This document shows positions 1 through 9,812 of a DNA stretch of 64,000 nt, one piece after another. The stretch's first letter is position 1, and each line of letters opens with the position of its first letter. The position numbers and the translations under genes were made by a program. The notes beneath the pieces were generated by a model. It did not search any database and was not told where the DNA came from. It was given only the letters and a program-made list of their open reading frames with translations. Where the stretch lies: positions 12,244 to 76,243 of the IMG/VR virus record IMGVR_UViG_3300036770_003728. One strand, written 5' to 3'. The DNA comes from a virus.

Positions 1-384
1 CATTAAGTCGCCTTTGAATACACCGGCTGTGTCGCCTACTGCGGCTTCTAATCCGGGCCATATCAGATTAATCTTAGCATAAAGGTCGGCTCGATTAGAT
101 CCGCGACTTTGGTCATACTGTATCCATTCGTTTGGACTATGCGGAAATACTCCTTTGGCAGGCATGTACTTGTCTGCAATAAAAAATTGCCCAGTTGCAT
201 CACGTCCAAAATATAAAGCAATCATACCATCCCATTTAATACTGATACTTTGTGGATTAGTTGCTATACTTTGCAAGGCCTGTACTGATTGTGCTGCGGC
301 TGCACTGCCGGCAAATATACTGTCCTCAGGGTGAGGAATGCGAGGACCTTCAGCTTCAATAAGATAATCTGTTAAGGGCTTCAT
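1..384 (-). CDS. Partial (3'-truncated) phage protein with a ligase-like KxDG motif; not in the ORF track
   Basis: ATG at 384 overlaps the upstream TGA (ATGA). Manual translation MKPLTDYLIEAEGPRIPHPED...SIKWDGMIALYFGRD...FFIADKY...FKGDLM is open to the window edge. KWDG resembles nucleotidyl-ligase motif I (from memory, a DUF6267-like family). Confidence 0.7.
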   Translation of the reverse strand, partial: MKPLTDYLIEAEGPRIPHPEDSIFAGSAAAAQSVQALQSIATNPQSISIKWDGMIALYFGRDATGQFFIADKYMPAKGVFPHSPNEWIQYDQSRGSNRADLYAKINLIWPGLEAAVGDTAGVFKGDLM

Positions 385-1175
385 TGTATACGATCCGTTA
401 GATTTCTAAACCAAGCGGCTGTACCAGCTTGAGCAGTTTCCGGCAATCTAAATAATCCACGAGCAGCATCCTGTCTAGCCTGTGCTAGTTTGCCGTCGCG
501 GTCTGGGTCTGTGGCCAATGCTGCCATAATGCTTTTAACACTGTTAAGGTCGCTTTCTTTAGCTTTGGGATTAAGCAAAATCTTCGCTACTTCTTTTCTA
601 GTTCTTCCCACTACCTGATCGGTATCTCTAGTAACCAGTCGTCCTCCAAAAGCATCAAATTTCAAATTCTTAAATTTGGCCAAGCTGCTCATTAGCATAA
701 AAACTTCTCTGCCCTTGAACTCGGGCTCATCATACATACCACGCGGGCCATGCTGATGCCATGGTGCTACTACTGAAGCATCTTGTATGACCATTACATC
801 AACTTGAGCCATGCCACGGCCGCCGGCAGCTGGTTTATAAGGAATTCCGATATGTACATTACGTCCACTGACCACGCTGGTGATACCCTGTTGTTCAAAA
901 TGCTGCTTGAGTAATTGTTTAGCTTCTTTTACAGGATCTTTGCTGTCTTGAGTTTTGAAAAACTCAACACAATCACTGGCTTCTACCATGATATCAATGT
1001 CGCCGCTTTCCACTTTGAACCCAGCACTGCCTATGTCTACCTGTAGTCCACGAGCGATAGGTTTTGGCAACAGACCTTTGGCAACTGCTACTACTCCACG
1101 CACATCATCTCGTGCCACTGGATTAGAGTTGGGTATGGCGTTACCGCCTTCATATATTTTAAGCAAGTTACTCAT
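381..1175 (-). CDS. Pol-beta-superfamily nucleotidyltransferase
   Basis: IGSAGFKVESGDIDIMV is the hG[GS]...DxD signature, with a third acidic residue in AQVDVM. Start refined to ATG 1175 (MSNLLKIYEGGNA). Confidence 0.75.
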   Translation of the reverse strand: MSNLLKIYEGGNAIPNSNPVARDDVRGVVAVAKGLLPKPIARGLQVDIGSAGFKVESGDIDIMVEASDCVEFFKTQDSKDPVKEAKQLLKQHFEQQGITSVVSGRNVHIGIPYKPAAGGRGMAQVDVMVIQDASVVAPWHQHGPRGMYDEPEFKGREVFMLMSSLAKFKNLKFDAFGGRLVTRDTDQVVGRTRKEVAKILLNPKAKESDLNSVKSIMAALATDPDRDGKLAQARQDAARGLFRLPETAQAGTAAWFRNLTDRIQ

Positions 1176-1413
1176 CGCGCAATTTCCTAATGCCACGAGC
1201 AAATTTTGCTGAATCACCACTGCGTATGCTGTTGAGTAATCTACGTTCTAGTTCAGCAGCTACCTCAGGTTGGTAATTTTCTTTAATGAACTGTAGAAGA
1301 TTAATTGCACCTTGTATGACATTAGCGGCTCGAGTTTCCACAAAATTTTCTTTGTCTTTTCTCAGTCGCAAACTATCTAACTCAGCTAATATACTTCTAG
1401 TATGTTTTTGCAA
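1168..1413 (-). CDS. Hypothetical protein (81 aa)
   Basis: TTG start with AGGAG SD and an upstream TAAATA box (1432-1437). Confidence 0.7.
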   Translation of the reverse strand: MQKHTRSILAELDSLRLRKDKENFVETRAANVIQGAINLLQFIKENYQPEVAAELERRLLNSIRSGDSAKFARGIRKLRDE

Positions 1414-1448
1414 AACCTACTCCTAATGCAATATTTAGCCGTGAATTG

Positions 1449-2834
1449 TTAAACTTCTTTACGTTTGAGTCCAGCCAACATTTGCTTGAGATCTCGACTT
1501 TGAGCAGTAACCTGTACAGGAGCACTAGGTTCAGATTCAGAACTCACCGAACTGCGTGTTTTAATTTGATCCATGATACTACTAGTACTGCGTTTAGCAG
1601 TATCATCTGGAATTCCTGGGTCGCTGATACGCATGGTTTCCATGTTATAGTCCAAGTCCACTTTCATACCGACCCCAGTACTGGATCGTGACTTCATACA
1701 CTGTATTTGATACTTGCCACGTTCACGCATGTTGCGACTGGTGAAGATACCAAACACATTATCTGCGGTATTGATCTTACTAATACCACCCGAGATATGA
1801 CTATGGTCGAACTCAACTTCTTCCACTGCTGAACGATTCAGCTGCGACGCTGTGATCATAAGCACTGCTAATTCTTTACTTAAATTACGCAGTTCTTCTG
1901 ATACATACTTGTCTTTAACAAACAAGTCATTGGGACTTACCTTGGCTGACACTGGCATTAATAAATCTAAATAATCAATCATAACAAAATCTACGCGATG
2001 TCCTGTCTGTATCTGATACTCTTTTAAGAAACTGCGTATGTCATTGATAGTACTTTGTGCCGGCAAATACTTGATACGATAACTACCTGCACGTTTACTG
2101 GCTACACGTATTTTTAGTGCAGTATCATCAATACTGCGCCTAATTTCTTTGGTACTAATATCATTCAACATAGCATCAGTTCTTAAACTACAGAGTTCTT
2201 CACTGAGTTCTAGTGTAACATACACACCATGTAAGCCTTGTTGTAGCCAGTTTAAGGCTATGTTCATCATAACCAAGCTCTTACCAGATCCAGATCCACC
2301 TGCAAAGATATTAAGTTCGCCACGACTGAATCCACCGTACATGATCTTATCCATTTGTGGCCAACCTGTGCTGACTTGTCCACCCGAATTAAAATAACGA
2401 TTGATTCGAGCTGCTGGATCGGCCCAGTAATCTGTGCCTAGGTCTTTGGTCAAGCTAATCTGTACAGCATCCTTGATTAGCTTTTCAACAGGATTATAAT
2501 CCCCTTTTTCTAGTAAATCTGCACTTTTAAGAATAGCACGTTCTAGTTCTTGCCTACGAGTAAAACTTTCAAACTCCTCTAAAAACCAAACCTGATGTTC
2601 TGCACTTAGTTCTGTATGACGCAGCTCAATACCAGTTACCGCTGTGATTTGTTCTAGTGTAGGTAACACACTGTATTTGGCAGAATGTTGACTGATAAAC
2701 TTGGCTGCTTCTCTCAGGCTGCGATCAAAGTTTTCGGGGTTGTAGATGTTTTGAACTCGCACAAAACACTGAGCATCACTTAGCATGATCTCCAAAAATA
2801 ATTTCTGGAGTTCCACAGGATAATTTTTTTCCAT
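1449..2834 (-). CDS. DnaB-family replicative helicase (T4 gp41-like)
   Basis: Walker A GGSGSGKS, VTLELSEE, Walker B MIDYLDLL, TASQLNR and QCMKSR motifs; adjacent to primase. Confidence 0.95.
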   Translation of the reverse strand: MEKNYPVELQKLFLEIMLSDAQCFVRVQNIYNPENFDRSLREAAKFISQHSAKYSVLPTLEQITAVTGIELRHTELSAEHQVWFLEEFESFTRRQELERAILKSADLLEKGDYNPVEKLIKDAVQISLTKDLGTDYWADPAARINRYFNSGGQVSTGWPQMDKIMYGGFSRGELNIFAGGSGSGKSLVMMNIALNWLQQGLHGVYVTLELSEELCSLRTDAMLNDISTKEIRRSIDDTALKIRVASKRAGSYRIKYLPAQSTINDIRSFLKEYQIQTGHRVDFVMIDYLDLLMPVSAKVSPNDLFVKDKYVSEELRNLSKELAVLMITASQLNRSAVEEVEFDHSHISGGISKINTADNVFGIFTSRNMRERGKYQIQCMKSRSSTGVGMKVDLDYNMETMRISDPGIPDDTAKRSTSSIMDQIKTRSSVSSESEPSAPVQVTAQSRDLKQMLAGLKRKEV

Positions 2835-2835
2835 A

Positions 2836-3813
2836 TCAGTTATATAGTCGCTTGCGTTTTAGCTCGATTTTAAGACGACCTTTTTCTTTGCCCATTAAAA
2901 TAGTTTTTATTACAAATAATTTACCATAACGTACCACTGCTTCATTGATGTCTTTACAAGTTTCATGCCAAACCGGAAAGCTCACTGACCAACCATATTC
3001 AATGGCATTAGTGATTAATCGATCACCGGCACGATCGCTGTCAGGTACCAAAATTACTTCACGTCCTAAACTGTCAATAAAATCAGCTTGAACTTCATTA
3101 CACTCATTGCTAAGTACTGCTACTCCATCTACACTGATAGCATCAAAAGGTCCTTCACTGACAATAACGAATTGTGCTTGCGGCAGTTGACGATCCAAAT
3201 TAAACACATAGTTGGGTTCATACTGACTGTAGTACTTGGGTTTTACTGTAGGATCCCAAGATCTACTGGTGTACCCAATTAATTTATTTTTCCAAGTAAA
3301 TGGAATAATTACTCGACGATTAAGATTATGATCAGTTTTGGCACTGACTAACAAAGGATAACGATCCAAATCAATAGCTCTTTGTTGACAATATCGTAAT
3401 GCCGTAGCATCTTGGTCCGCTAACTGAACATCATCTGGCAAGGCACGTGGCCGAAATTCATAGGTTTCTGCTTCGGTACGTTCTGCAACATGCCCTACTA
3501 TTTCTCTTACTCGAACTGCTTCAATGACTAATCTATTAATAGTAGACTCGTCGGCTCCTAGCCAAGATAATAATTTTCGAAATCGATACCCAAGATGCCA
3601 TCCGGGACGGTAGCTGATTTTGAATTGGCAATTAAAACAATGATAGCTGATACCACCCTGGGTATCTGTAATTACTCCACCACGGCTACGTGTATCTGCT
3701 CTTTCTCCGCGATGTTGGCAACAAGGAGCGTTAAAACTGATCCAGCCGTTGGCAGCACGACGTCGTCGCGCCGGCAATAGTTGTATAACAGCATCTTGAA
3801 CAGAAGTTTGCAT
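2836..3813 (-). CDS. DNA primase (T4 gp61-like; Zn ribbon plus TOPRIM)
   Basis: Zn ligands PCC...YHCFNC, TOPRIM EGPFDA and PDSDRAG, KDINEA. Confidence 0.92.
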   Translation of the reverse strand: MQTSVQDAVIQLLPARRRRAANGWISFNAPCCQHRGERADTRSRGGVITDTQGGISYHCFNCQFKISYRPGWHLGYRFRKLLSWLGADESTINRLVIEAVRVREIVGHVAERTEAETYEFRPRALPDDVQLADQDATALRYCQQRAIDLDRYPLLVSAKTDHNLNRRVIIPFTWKNKLIGYTSRSWDPTVKPKYYSQYEPNYVFNLDRQLPQAQFVIVSEGPFDAISVDGVAVLSNECNEVQADFIDSLGREVILVPDSDRAGDRLITNAIEYGWSVSFPVWHETCKDINEAVVRYGKLFVIKTILMGKEKGRLKIELKRKRLYN

Positions 3814-3820
3814 TCCTAAC

Positions 3821-3849
3821 AGTATATATTAATACTGTCAAGAATGCAA
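3821..3849 (-). promoter_or_regulatory. sigma70-like promoter of primase/helicase (TTGCAT-17-TATACT)
   Basis: Boxes read directly; the -10 ends 7 nt before ATG 3813. Confidence 0.6.
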
Positions 3850-3917
3850 GAATTTAGATCAACCCGGTGGGCGCATGGCCCCTAGTGCTCTTGGTGGTGC
3901 TGTATTATCGATTACAC

Positions 3918-6900
3918 TCATTCGTACATTCTCCAAGTAGTTCCTGTCCAAAATAATCCAATGCTGTCGCCATTGGTATTAATAACCAATGTACCACTGC
4001 TGGAATTACTGGTATTGGTAATTGTGGTTCCACTACCAGCTAAAATCACAAAACTGTTAGCAGTGTAAGCACCCCCGGCATCGGCAAAAAATACTGCATC
4101 TCCTGGGGCCACTGCTGGTGGGACCGGTAAGGTAGCTGTAATTGATCCGTTGTTGGTGTTAATACCATATCTACGGTTGGGTATCACTGCAAAATTAGCT
4201 GTCCTGATTTCAAATTTTTGTTCTAGGTTATTGGCTGGTGGCTGGACTCGCTCATTACCGTCAACATTGATTGCCCCAGACATCGCTGCATGCACTGTAC
4301 AACGATAACGCAGTCTGGCTGGTGCATTCATTGGCACAGTGAATATGATTTCGCCTGAAGCTGCACCATTATTGGTTACACCAACGGTGTATGCAGTTAG
4401 TGTTGGCCCATCTTCGCTGCCAGTCTCTTCCACAATCTGGAATGGATGTCCTCCGCCACTGTTGTTAATGAATCTATAGGTTTCACCACGACGTAAATTC
4501 AATGTTGGATTGTTAGTGGCTGTGGCAAAGAATCTGCCATCAGCAGCAAAAACATATGCGCTGCTGCCATTGGCCGTGATTGTAAACACTGCCGGACGAT
4601 TAATACCGGGGTTATTTTGTACCTTGACATTGGCTGTAGCAAAGTTTACATTGCCGGCTACAGTGTCGACTGGTACCATCTGTCCTTCAGGAGTAAACAC
4701 AATTGCCTGCGGATTTGGTCTTGATGGTGCTGGCGGTGGAACAAAAGCAATTAACCCAGTGTCAGCATCAGTCTTGATCAAGGCATTGCCAAAATTAATG
4801 GTACTGCCGCTTAAGTACAAGTCTCTCCAACGTCGTGTGTCTGATCCTAAGTCATAGGTTACATTACTGGATGGAATCAAATTGGCTGAAATATTACCAT
4901 CTAGATAATTAGGTACATCAGTATAAGCAGGTATAGTAGGTGTACCAGTTAGATCAGCATAAGCACCAGTTCTTGCCACATCAGCAAATCCAGTTAAACC
5001 TGCACCGCTGCCATTGATATTGCCACTGAAACTGATATTGCCTGCTGCTACGTTTCCTGTATTGGTTAACAAGTAGTCGGCCACATTAGCATTAGCATAT
5101 ACCTGAGACTGTAGTGTAACTATAGCAGATTGCTGTGACGCTGCATTGGCACTTAAACTATCTATAGTGGTCTGCTGGCTTTCACTATTGGCTGTTAATG
5201 TAGCCAATGATGTTGCTTGAGCAGCAGCATTAGCCACCAAATCGGTAATTTCTGTGGCTTGAGCAGCGGCATTAGCACTTAAACTATCTATAGTGGTTTG
5301 CTGGCTTTCACTATTGGCTGTTAATGTAGCCAATGATGTTGTTTGAGCAGAAGCATTAGCCCACAAATTATTAATTTCTGTGGCCTGAGCAGCAGCATTA
5401 GCTGTCAATGTATCTATAGTGGTTTGCTGGCTTTCACTATTGGCTGTTAATGTAGCCAATGATGTTGTTTGAGCAGCAGCATTAGCCCACAAATTAGTAA
5501 TTTCTGTGGCTTGAGCAGCAGCATTAGCTATCCATGCTACATTGGCTGCTATAACATTAGCAGCAATATTACCTTCAGCAGCAGTAGCACGCACTGTTTC
5601 AGTACTAACCGCAGCATTGATAATGGTATCAACGCTTTGATAGTTGGCAATAATTTCTGCCAAACTGTTTAGTGCCGTAGCATCAACATTATTTAGAATA
5701 CTATCAATTTGAGTTTGTAGATTGGCTGTATTGGCTTGCCAGGCTGTGTTGGCTGCGGTAAATGTAGCATTAACTGAAGTTATCACTGCCGATATGTTAC
5801 TGGTGCGTGCCACATTGGCAGCATCAATATTGGCTTGTAACTGAGTAATAAACTCTGGCCAAAACGCAGTGGTTTGAACACGACCATCTAAGAATTTAAC
5901 ATTGCCCACATAAGGCAAATTAGCACCTGCACTAGTGGTAACTTGTAAGCCATTACCAAAATCAGAGCTAACTACAGTGTTACCCATATTAATGGTATTG
6001 CCTACGTATGCAGTACGGAACGCTGCTACACTAGATCCTAAGTCGTGCGCTGCTGTGGTTTTGGGTATAACATTACCAGGTACATTAACATTACCTGTGC
6101 GCTCTAAATCCATACTCAACAGTGTGTTAGTCAACTTACTAACAATGCTTTGAGCCTTGAATCGTAGTTTGTAGGTATACAAGTATTGATAGGTAAACAC
6201 AGTGCCTGGTACATTAACCAATGGGCCCGGCATGGCTTGATCTACAGCAAATGTTATAGGACGATAAAACACTGCTGGGCTGCTGCCTGCTACCTGTGTT
6301 AAGCTACCAATGCTGCCTTGGCTACGAATTACCAGGCTATTAACAAACGGAGTTAATACTTCGATAACTTCACCACCGCTGAATGTAACCAATAAGTTAT
6401 ACAGTTCAGTATTTTCGTAAGCATAGAAAATCACAGTACTACTGGTAGTCCATTCAATGGCTTCTGCACCAATTTGGTCGGCTAGTTCTCTGGTAACTAT
6501 ATCTACATTACCATAATCACCGACTCTAACAGTAGCGTTACCCATGTGCAGACCAGTGTTGGCAATATAAATATTGCTCCAACGCAGACTTTCACTACCC
6601 AAATCAAATTGATCTGTGCTTAGTGGTGTAACATTGCCTGGAAGTGTAAGATTGCCAGTGGCTGTTAGGTTAGCATAGAAACTGCCGTTAACAAGATTGT
6701 TTTCAGTATTGTTGCCCAGCTGGCTTATAACCGAGTTAATGTTACTGCGTAGGTTGCCTTCTTCGGAGATAGCACGAGCTGTTTCTGCTGCTATACTGGT
6801 TGCAAGAGCAGCAGCATTACTAAGTCTAGTGCTTTCATTGGCTAATATACTAGTAACTATAGCACTGGCATTGGCTACACGAGCTGCACTTTCACTATTA

Positions 6901-9812
6901 ATAGCACTTTGTAAACTGCTGGCATTGGCAATACTTGCTACATTAGCAGCATCGATGTTGGCCTGTAGTGCTATGTCTGCTGCTAATCTTGTAGCAGCTT
7001 CAGCATTGATATTAGCAGTGATTGCCGAAGTGGTTCCTGAACCTAAGCTGGTAATTTGAGCTTGGAGTGCAGTTTCAGCAGCAGTGGCTCTTGTAGTTTC
7101 TGTGATTACGCTTTGAGCTAGGGCTGCTGCATTGGCAGTTCTATTAGCGGTCTCGGTAGTAATAAAGCTAGGCAAGAACGCCGTGGTCTGTACAGTACTG
7201 TCCGGGAATGTTACATTACCTTTTACAGCAATTGGTGTACCACCACTGGTCTCAGCACGTAGTCCATTTACTGGATCAACTGTTAAACTGGCTGTGCCAA
7301 AGTATACAGTACTGCTACTAATAAACAAACTACGGAAGGCCTGGCTAGCACTACCTAAATCTTGAGTTAAATGATTTTTTGGTAGTATATGACCTGGTAC
7401 TTCGAATGTACCACCAACTGCATTAAGATTAGCACTGTATCCACCAGCCAGTAACTGATGTTCTGTACCTTGTAGAACAGTAACATTAGCATGTATGGCT
7501 GCTTCAGCAGCAGTAGCTCTAGCTGTTTCAGCTGTGACACTGGCAGCAAGAGCGCTGGCATTGGCGATTCGGTTCGCCGATTCAGTGTTGAGATTATTGG
7601 TTATTGTGGTATCAGCCAGTATACGTGCTGATTCTTCTGTGTTGACATCATTGACACGGTTGGTAATTTCCAAAGCAATGTTGGCAAATATGGCAGCAAC
7701 GTTATTAGTCAATGCTGTGTTGGTATTTGTAACTTGTGTTTGTAAGCTGGTTTCGGTTGTGGTAGCACGAGTTACTTCAGCAGTGATATTACTTTGTAGA
7801 TTAACGTCTGCTGCTGCACGAGTAGCTGCTTCTGCATTAATAGCAGCAGTTAATGCAATATTAGCTGCATTCAAACTACCTGTCAGTACACTGGTATTGC
7901 TGATTCGTGTAGCAGTTTCAGTGTTTAGGTTGGCCTGTACAGCTGATTCAGCAGCTTGAGCACGACTACGCTCTAAATTAATGTCCGTATTGAGCTGTGT
8001 GCTCAGTGCTGTGATAGCACCTTGCAGCGTATTATCCGATGCTTGGAAAGCGGCTACCACTTCAACCAAACTGTTTAGCGCCGTGGCATCTACGTTAACC
8101 AAAACATTGTTGATTTGCGTTTGAAGATTAGTAACATTAGCTACACGTTGTACGATTTCATTGTCTAACGCGGCTGTTAATACACTAACATTTGCAATTC
8201 TAGCAATATTAGCAGCATCTAACGAAGCCTGTAGTGCTGTATCACCAGCTGCTCTAGCAATGTTAGCTGCGGTTAAGGCCTGTAAAGTTGTAGCACTGTT
8301 GGCTTGCCATGCTGTATTAGTTGTATTAATGTTGTTCTGCAACGAAGTAATCACTGCGCTGACATTGCTTTCTCTGGCTGTGTTAGCAGCAGCGAAAGTG
8401 TTATTCATATTAGTGATCACTGCACTGATGTTACTGATTCGATCAATGTTGGCCGCAGTGAACGTATTATTCATACTGGTAATAACTGCGCTGATATTGC
8501 TAACACGATCAATGTTAGCTTGGTTAAATGTGTTATTAACCGAAGTAATCACTGCGCTGATGTTAGTGGTACGATCCAAATTGGCCTGCGTAAAGGTACT
8601 ATTAACCAAAGTGATCACGCTGCTGATGTTGCTGATTCTGGCTACATTAGCACTGTCTAAGTTATTCTGTAATAATGTTTCAGCAGCGACGGCACGAGTT
8701 CGTTCTACAATAACATTGGCTATACGAGCACTGCTTTCAGCTGCCAAGTTAGCAGTATGACTAATATTAGCAGCAATCAGGCTGGCTGCTAATGCACTGG
8801 TATTGGCTACCCTGGCCACGCTCTCAGCAGTGATATTAGCTCTGAGATTACCTTCTTCGCTAATAGCACGACTGGTTTCAATGGTCAAGTTACTCTTGAT
8901 ATTGTTATCTTCAACAATACGTTGAGCACGTTCGGTATTAATGTCTAGTTGTAAGTTACCCTCGGCGCTGATCGCACGATTGGCTTCCACAATCACATTA
9001 GCTATTCTAGCTGCACTTTCTGCTGCCAAGTTGGCAGTCATACTTACATTAGCAGCCTGCAAACTAGCGGCCAATGCACTAGCATTGGCTGTACGAGCAG
9101 CGGTTTCAGCTGCAATATTAGCCTGTAAATTAACATCACCGGTTATTCTAGCACTGATTTCGACGGACAAATTGGCTGCGTTTTGAGCTGCCACTACACG
9201 AATTGCAGTATCTTCTGCCAATCTTATATTAGCTTCAGCTACTACTGCATTAGCAGTAGCACTAATATTGCTGTTGATTAGGTTATCATTGGCTAAACGA
9301 ATATTAGCTTCATTATTAATAGCTGTTTGTAGAGCTGCTTCGGCAGCATAGGCTCTAACTGTTTCTGCACCGATATTACTTTGAAGAGCCGAAACTGAAT
9401 TTGCTACAAATCCGTAAAAGTCAGGATCATTGTTGATACTTGTTGCAATGCCTTCAAGGGTACTAAGCTCAATAGGATAAACAGCACCAATGGTAGCCAC
9501 TAAATTACTATTGACTTCTTCTACTCTGCCTAAGGTATTGGCCAAGTTGGCCAATATAACTACCAGACCTTGTTGCACATACAGGTTACTATAGAACTCG
9601 CTATAGGAATTGGCCTGCATGTCGACCACACCGTCGGTGGGAATTGGGGCACCGCCCGGCGTTACTCCATCATGTATACGCAAGGTTTTAAGCGTGGTAT
9701 CCACTGTGATCTCTCCCAGTGGGCCTACATAGGTGCTGCTTGTAGCTAGATTACCTCTTTTTAATAGAATCTGTCTAGCATCAAGGCTGATAACTTGGTT
9801 GTTAATAGTCAT
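3918..9812 (-). CDS. Long coiled-coil tail fibre/adhesin (1964 aa) with Mtd_N-like N-terminus and cupredoxin-like C-terminal domain
   Basis: N-terminal ILLKRG...GEITVDTTLKTLRIHDGVTPGG (Mtd N-terminal type); Ala/Asn coiled coil; four DLGS-containing beta modules; HPF...CTVHAAM motif; C-terminal module resembling T4 gp34 repeats. Confidence 0.85.
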   Translation of the reverse strand: MTINNQVISLDARQILLKRGNLATSSTYVGPLGEITVDTTLKTLRIHDGVTPGGAPIPTDGVVDMQANSYSEFYSNLYVQQGLVVILANLANTLGRVEEVNSNLVATIGAVYPIELSTLEGIATSINNDPDFYGFVANSVSALQSNIGAETVRAYAAEAALQTAINNEANIRLANDNLINSNISATANAVVAEANIRLAEDTAIRVVAAQNAANLSVEISARITGDVNLQANIAAETAARTANASALAASLQAANVSMTANLAAESAARIANVIVEANRAISAEGNLQLDINTERAQRIVEDNNIKSNLTIETSRAISEEGNLRANITAESVARVANTSALAASLIAANISHTANLAAESSARIANVIVERTRAVAAETLLQNNLDSANVARISNISSVITLVNSTFTQANLDRTTNISAVITSVNNTFNQANIDRVSNISAVITSMNNTFTAANIDRISNISAVITNMNNTFAAANTARESNVSAVITSLQNNINTTNTAWQANSATTLQALTAANIARAAGDTALQASLDAANIARIANVSVLTAALDNEIVQRVANVTNLQTQINNVLVNVDATALNSLVEVVAAFQASDNTLQGAITALSTQLNTDINLERSRAQAAESAVQANLNTETATRISNTSVLTGSLNAANIALTAAINAEAATRAAADVNLQSNITAEVTRATTTETSLQTQVTNTNTALTNNVAAIFANIALEITNRVNDVNTEESARILADTTITNNLNTESANRIANASALAASVTAETARATAAEAAIHANVTVLQGTEHQLLAGGYSANLNAVGGTFEVPGHILPKNHLTQDLGSASQAFRSLFISSSTVYFGTASLTVDPVNGLRAETSGGTPIAVKGNVTFPDSTVQTTAFLPSFITTETANRTANAAALAQSVITETTRATAAETALQAQITSLGSGTTSAITANINAEAATRLAADIALQANIDAANVASIANASSLQSAINSESAARVANASAIVTSILANESTRLSNAAALATSIAAETARAISEEGNLRSNINSVISQLGNNTENNLVNGSFYANLTATGNLTLPGNVTPLSTDQFDLGSESLRWSNIYIANTGLHMGNATVRVGDYGNVDIVTRELADQIGAEAIEWTTSSTVIFYAYENTELYNLLVTFSGGEVIEVLTPFVNSLVIRSQGSIGSLTQVAGSSPAVFYRPITFAVDQAMPGPLVNVPGTVFTYQYLYTYKLRFKAQSIVSKLTNTLLSMDLERTGNVNVPGNVIPKTTAAHDLGSSVAAFRTAYVGNTINMGNTVVSSDFGNGLQVTTSAGANLPYVGNVKFLDGRVQTTAFWPEFITQLQANIDAANVARTSNISAVITSVNATFTAANTAWQANTANLQTQIDSILNNVDATALNSLAEIIANYQSVDTIINAAVSTETVRATAAEGNIAANVIAANVAWIANAAAQATEITNLWANAAAQTTSLATLTANSESQQTTIDTLTANAAAQATEINNLWANASAQTTSLATLTANSESQQTTIDSLSANAAAQATEITDLVANAAAQATSLATLTANSESQQTTIDSLSANAASQQSAIVTLQSQVYANANVADYLLTNTGNVAAGNISFSGNINGSGAGLTGFADVARTGAYADLTGTPTIPAYTDVPNYLDGNISANLIPSSNVTYDLGSDTRRWRDLYLSGSTINFGNALIKTDADTGLIAFVPPPAPSRPNPQAIVFTPEGQMVPVDTVAGNVNFATANVKVQNNPGINRPAVFTITANGSSAYVFAADGRFFATATNNPTLNLRRGETYRFINNSGGGHPFQIVEETGSEDGPTLTAYTVGVTNNGAASGEIIFTVPMNAPARLRYRCTVHAAMSGAINVDGNERVQPPANNLEQKFEIRTANFAVIPNRRYGINTNNGSITATLPVPPAVAPGDAVFFADAGGAYTANSFVILAGSGTTITNTSNSSSGTLVINTNGDSIGLFWTGTTWRMYE
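5109..5528 (-). repeat. Ten 42-bp (14-aa) coding tandem repeats with a 126-bp higher-order period
   Basis: ANAAAQATEITNLW / ANAAAQTTSLATLT / ANSESQQTTIDTLT occurs three times plus one extra unit; near-identical DNA. Confidence 0.9.
8322..8651 (-). repeat. Five 66-bp (22-aa) coding tandem repeats
   Basis: Units of the type ANIDRISNISAVITxMNNTFTA. Confidence 0.85.

Noticed and set aside
5109-5528. Regularly spaced repeats resembling a CRISPR array
   Set aside because: In-frame coding repeats with no unique spacers and no cas genes.
4510-9186. Long plus-strand ORFs (e.g. 6697-7059, 7495-7959, 8161-8760)
   Set aside because: Antisense shadows of the Ala/Asn-rich fibre gene; Leu/Ala/Val-rich with no SD or promoter support.
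9600-9812. Mtd_N-like domain suggesting a diversity-generating retroelement
   Set aside because: No reverse transcriptase and no template/variable repeat pair differing at adenines was seen in this window.
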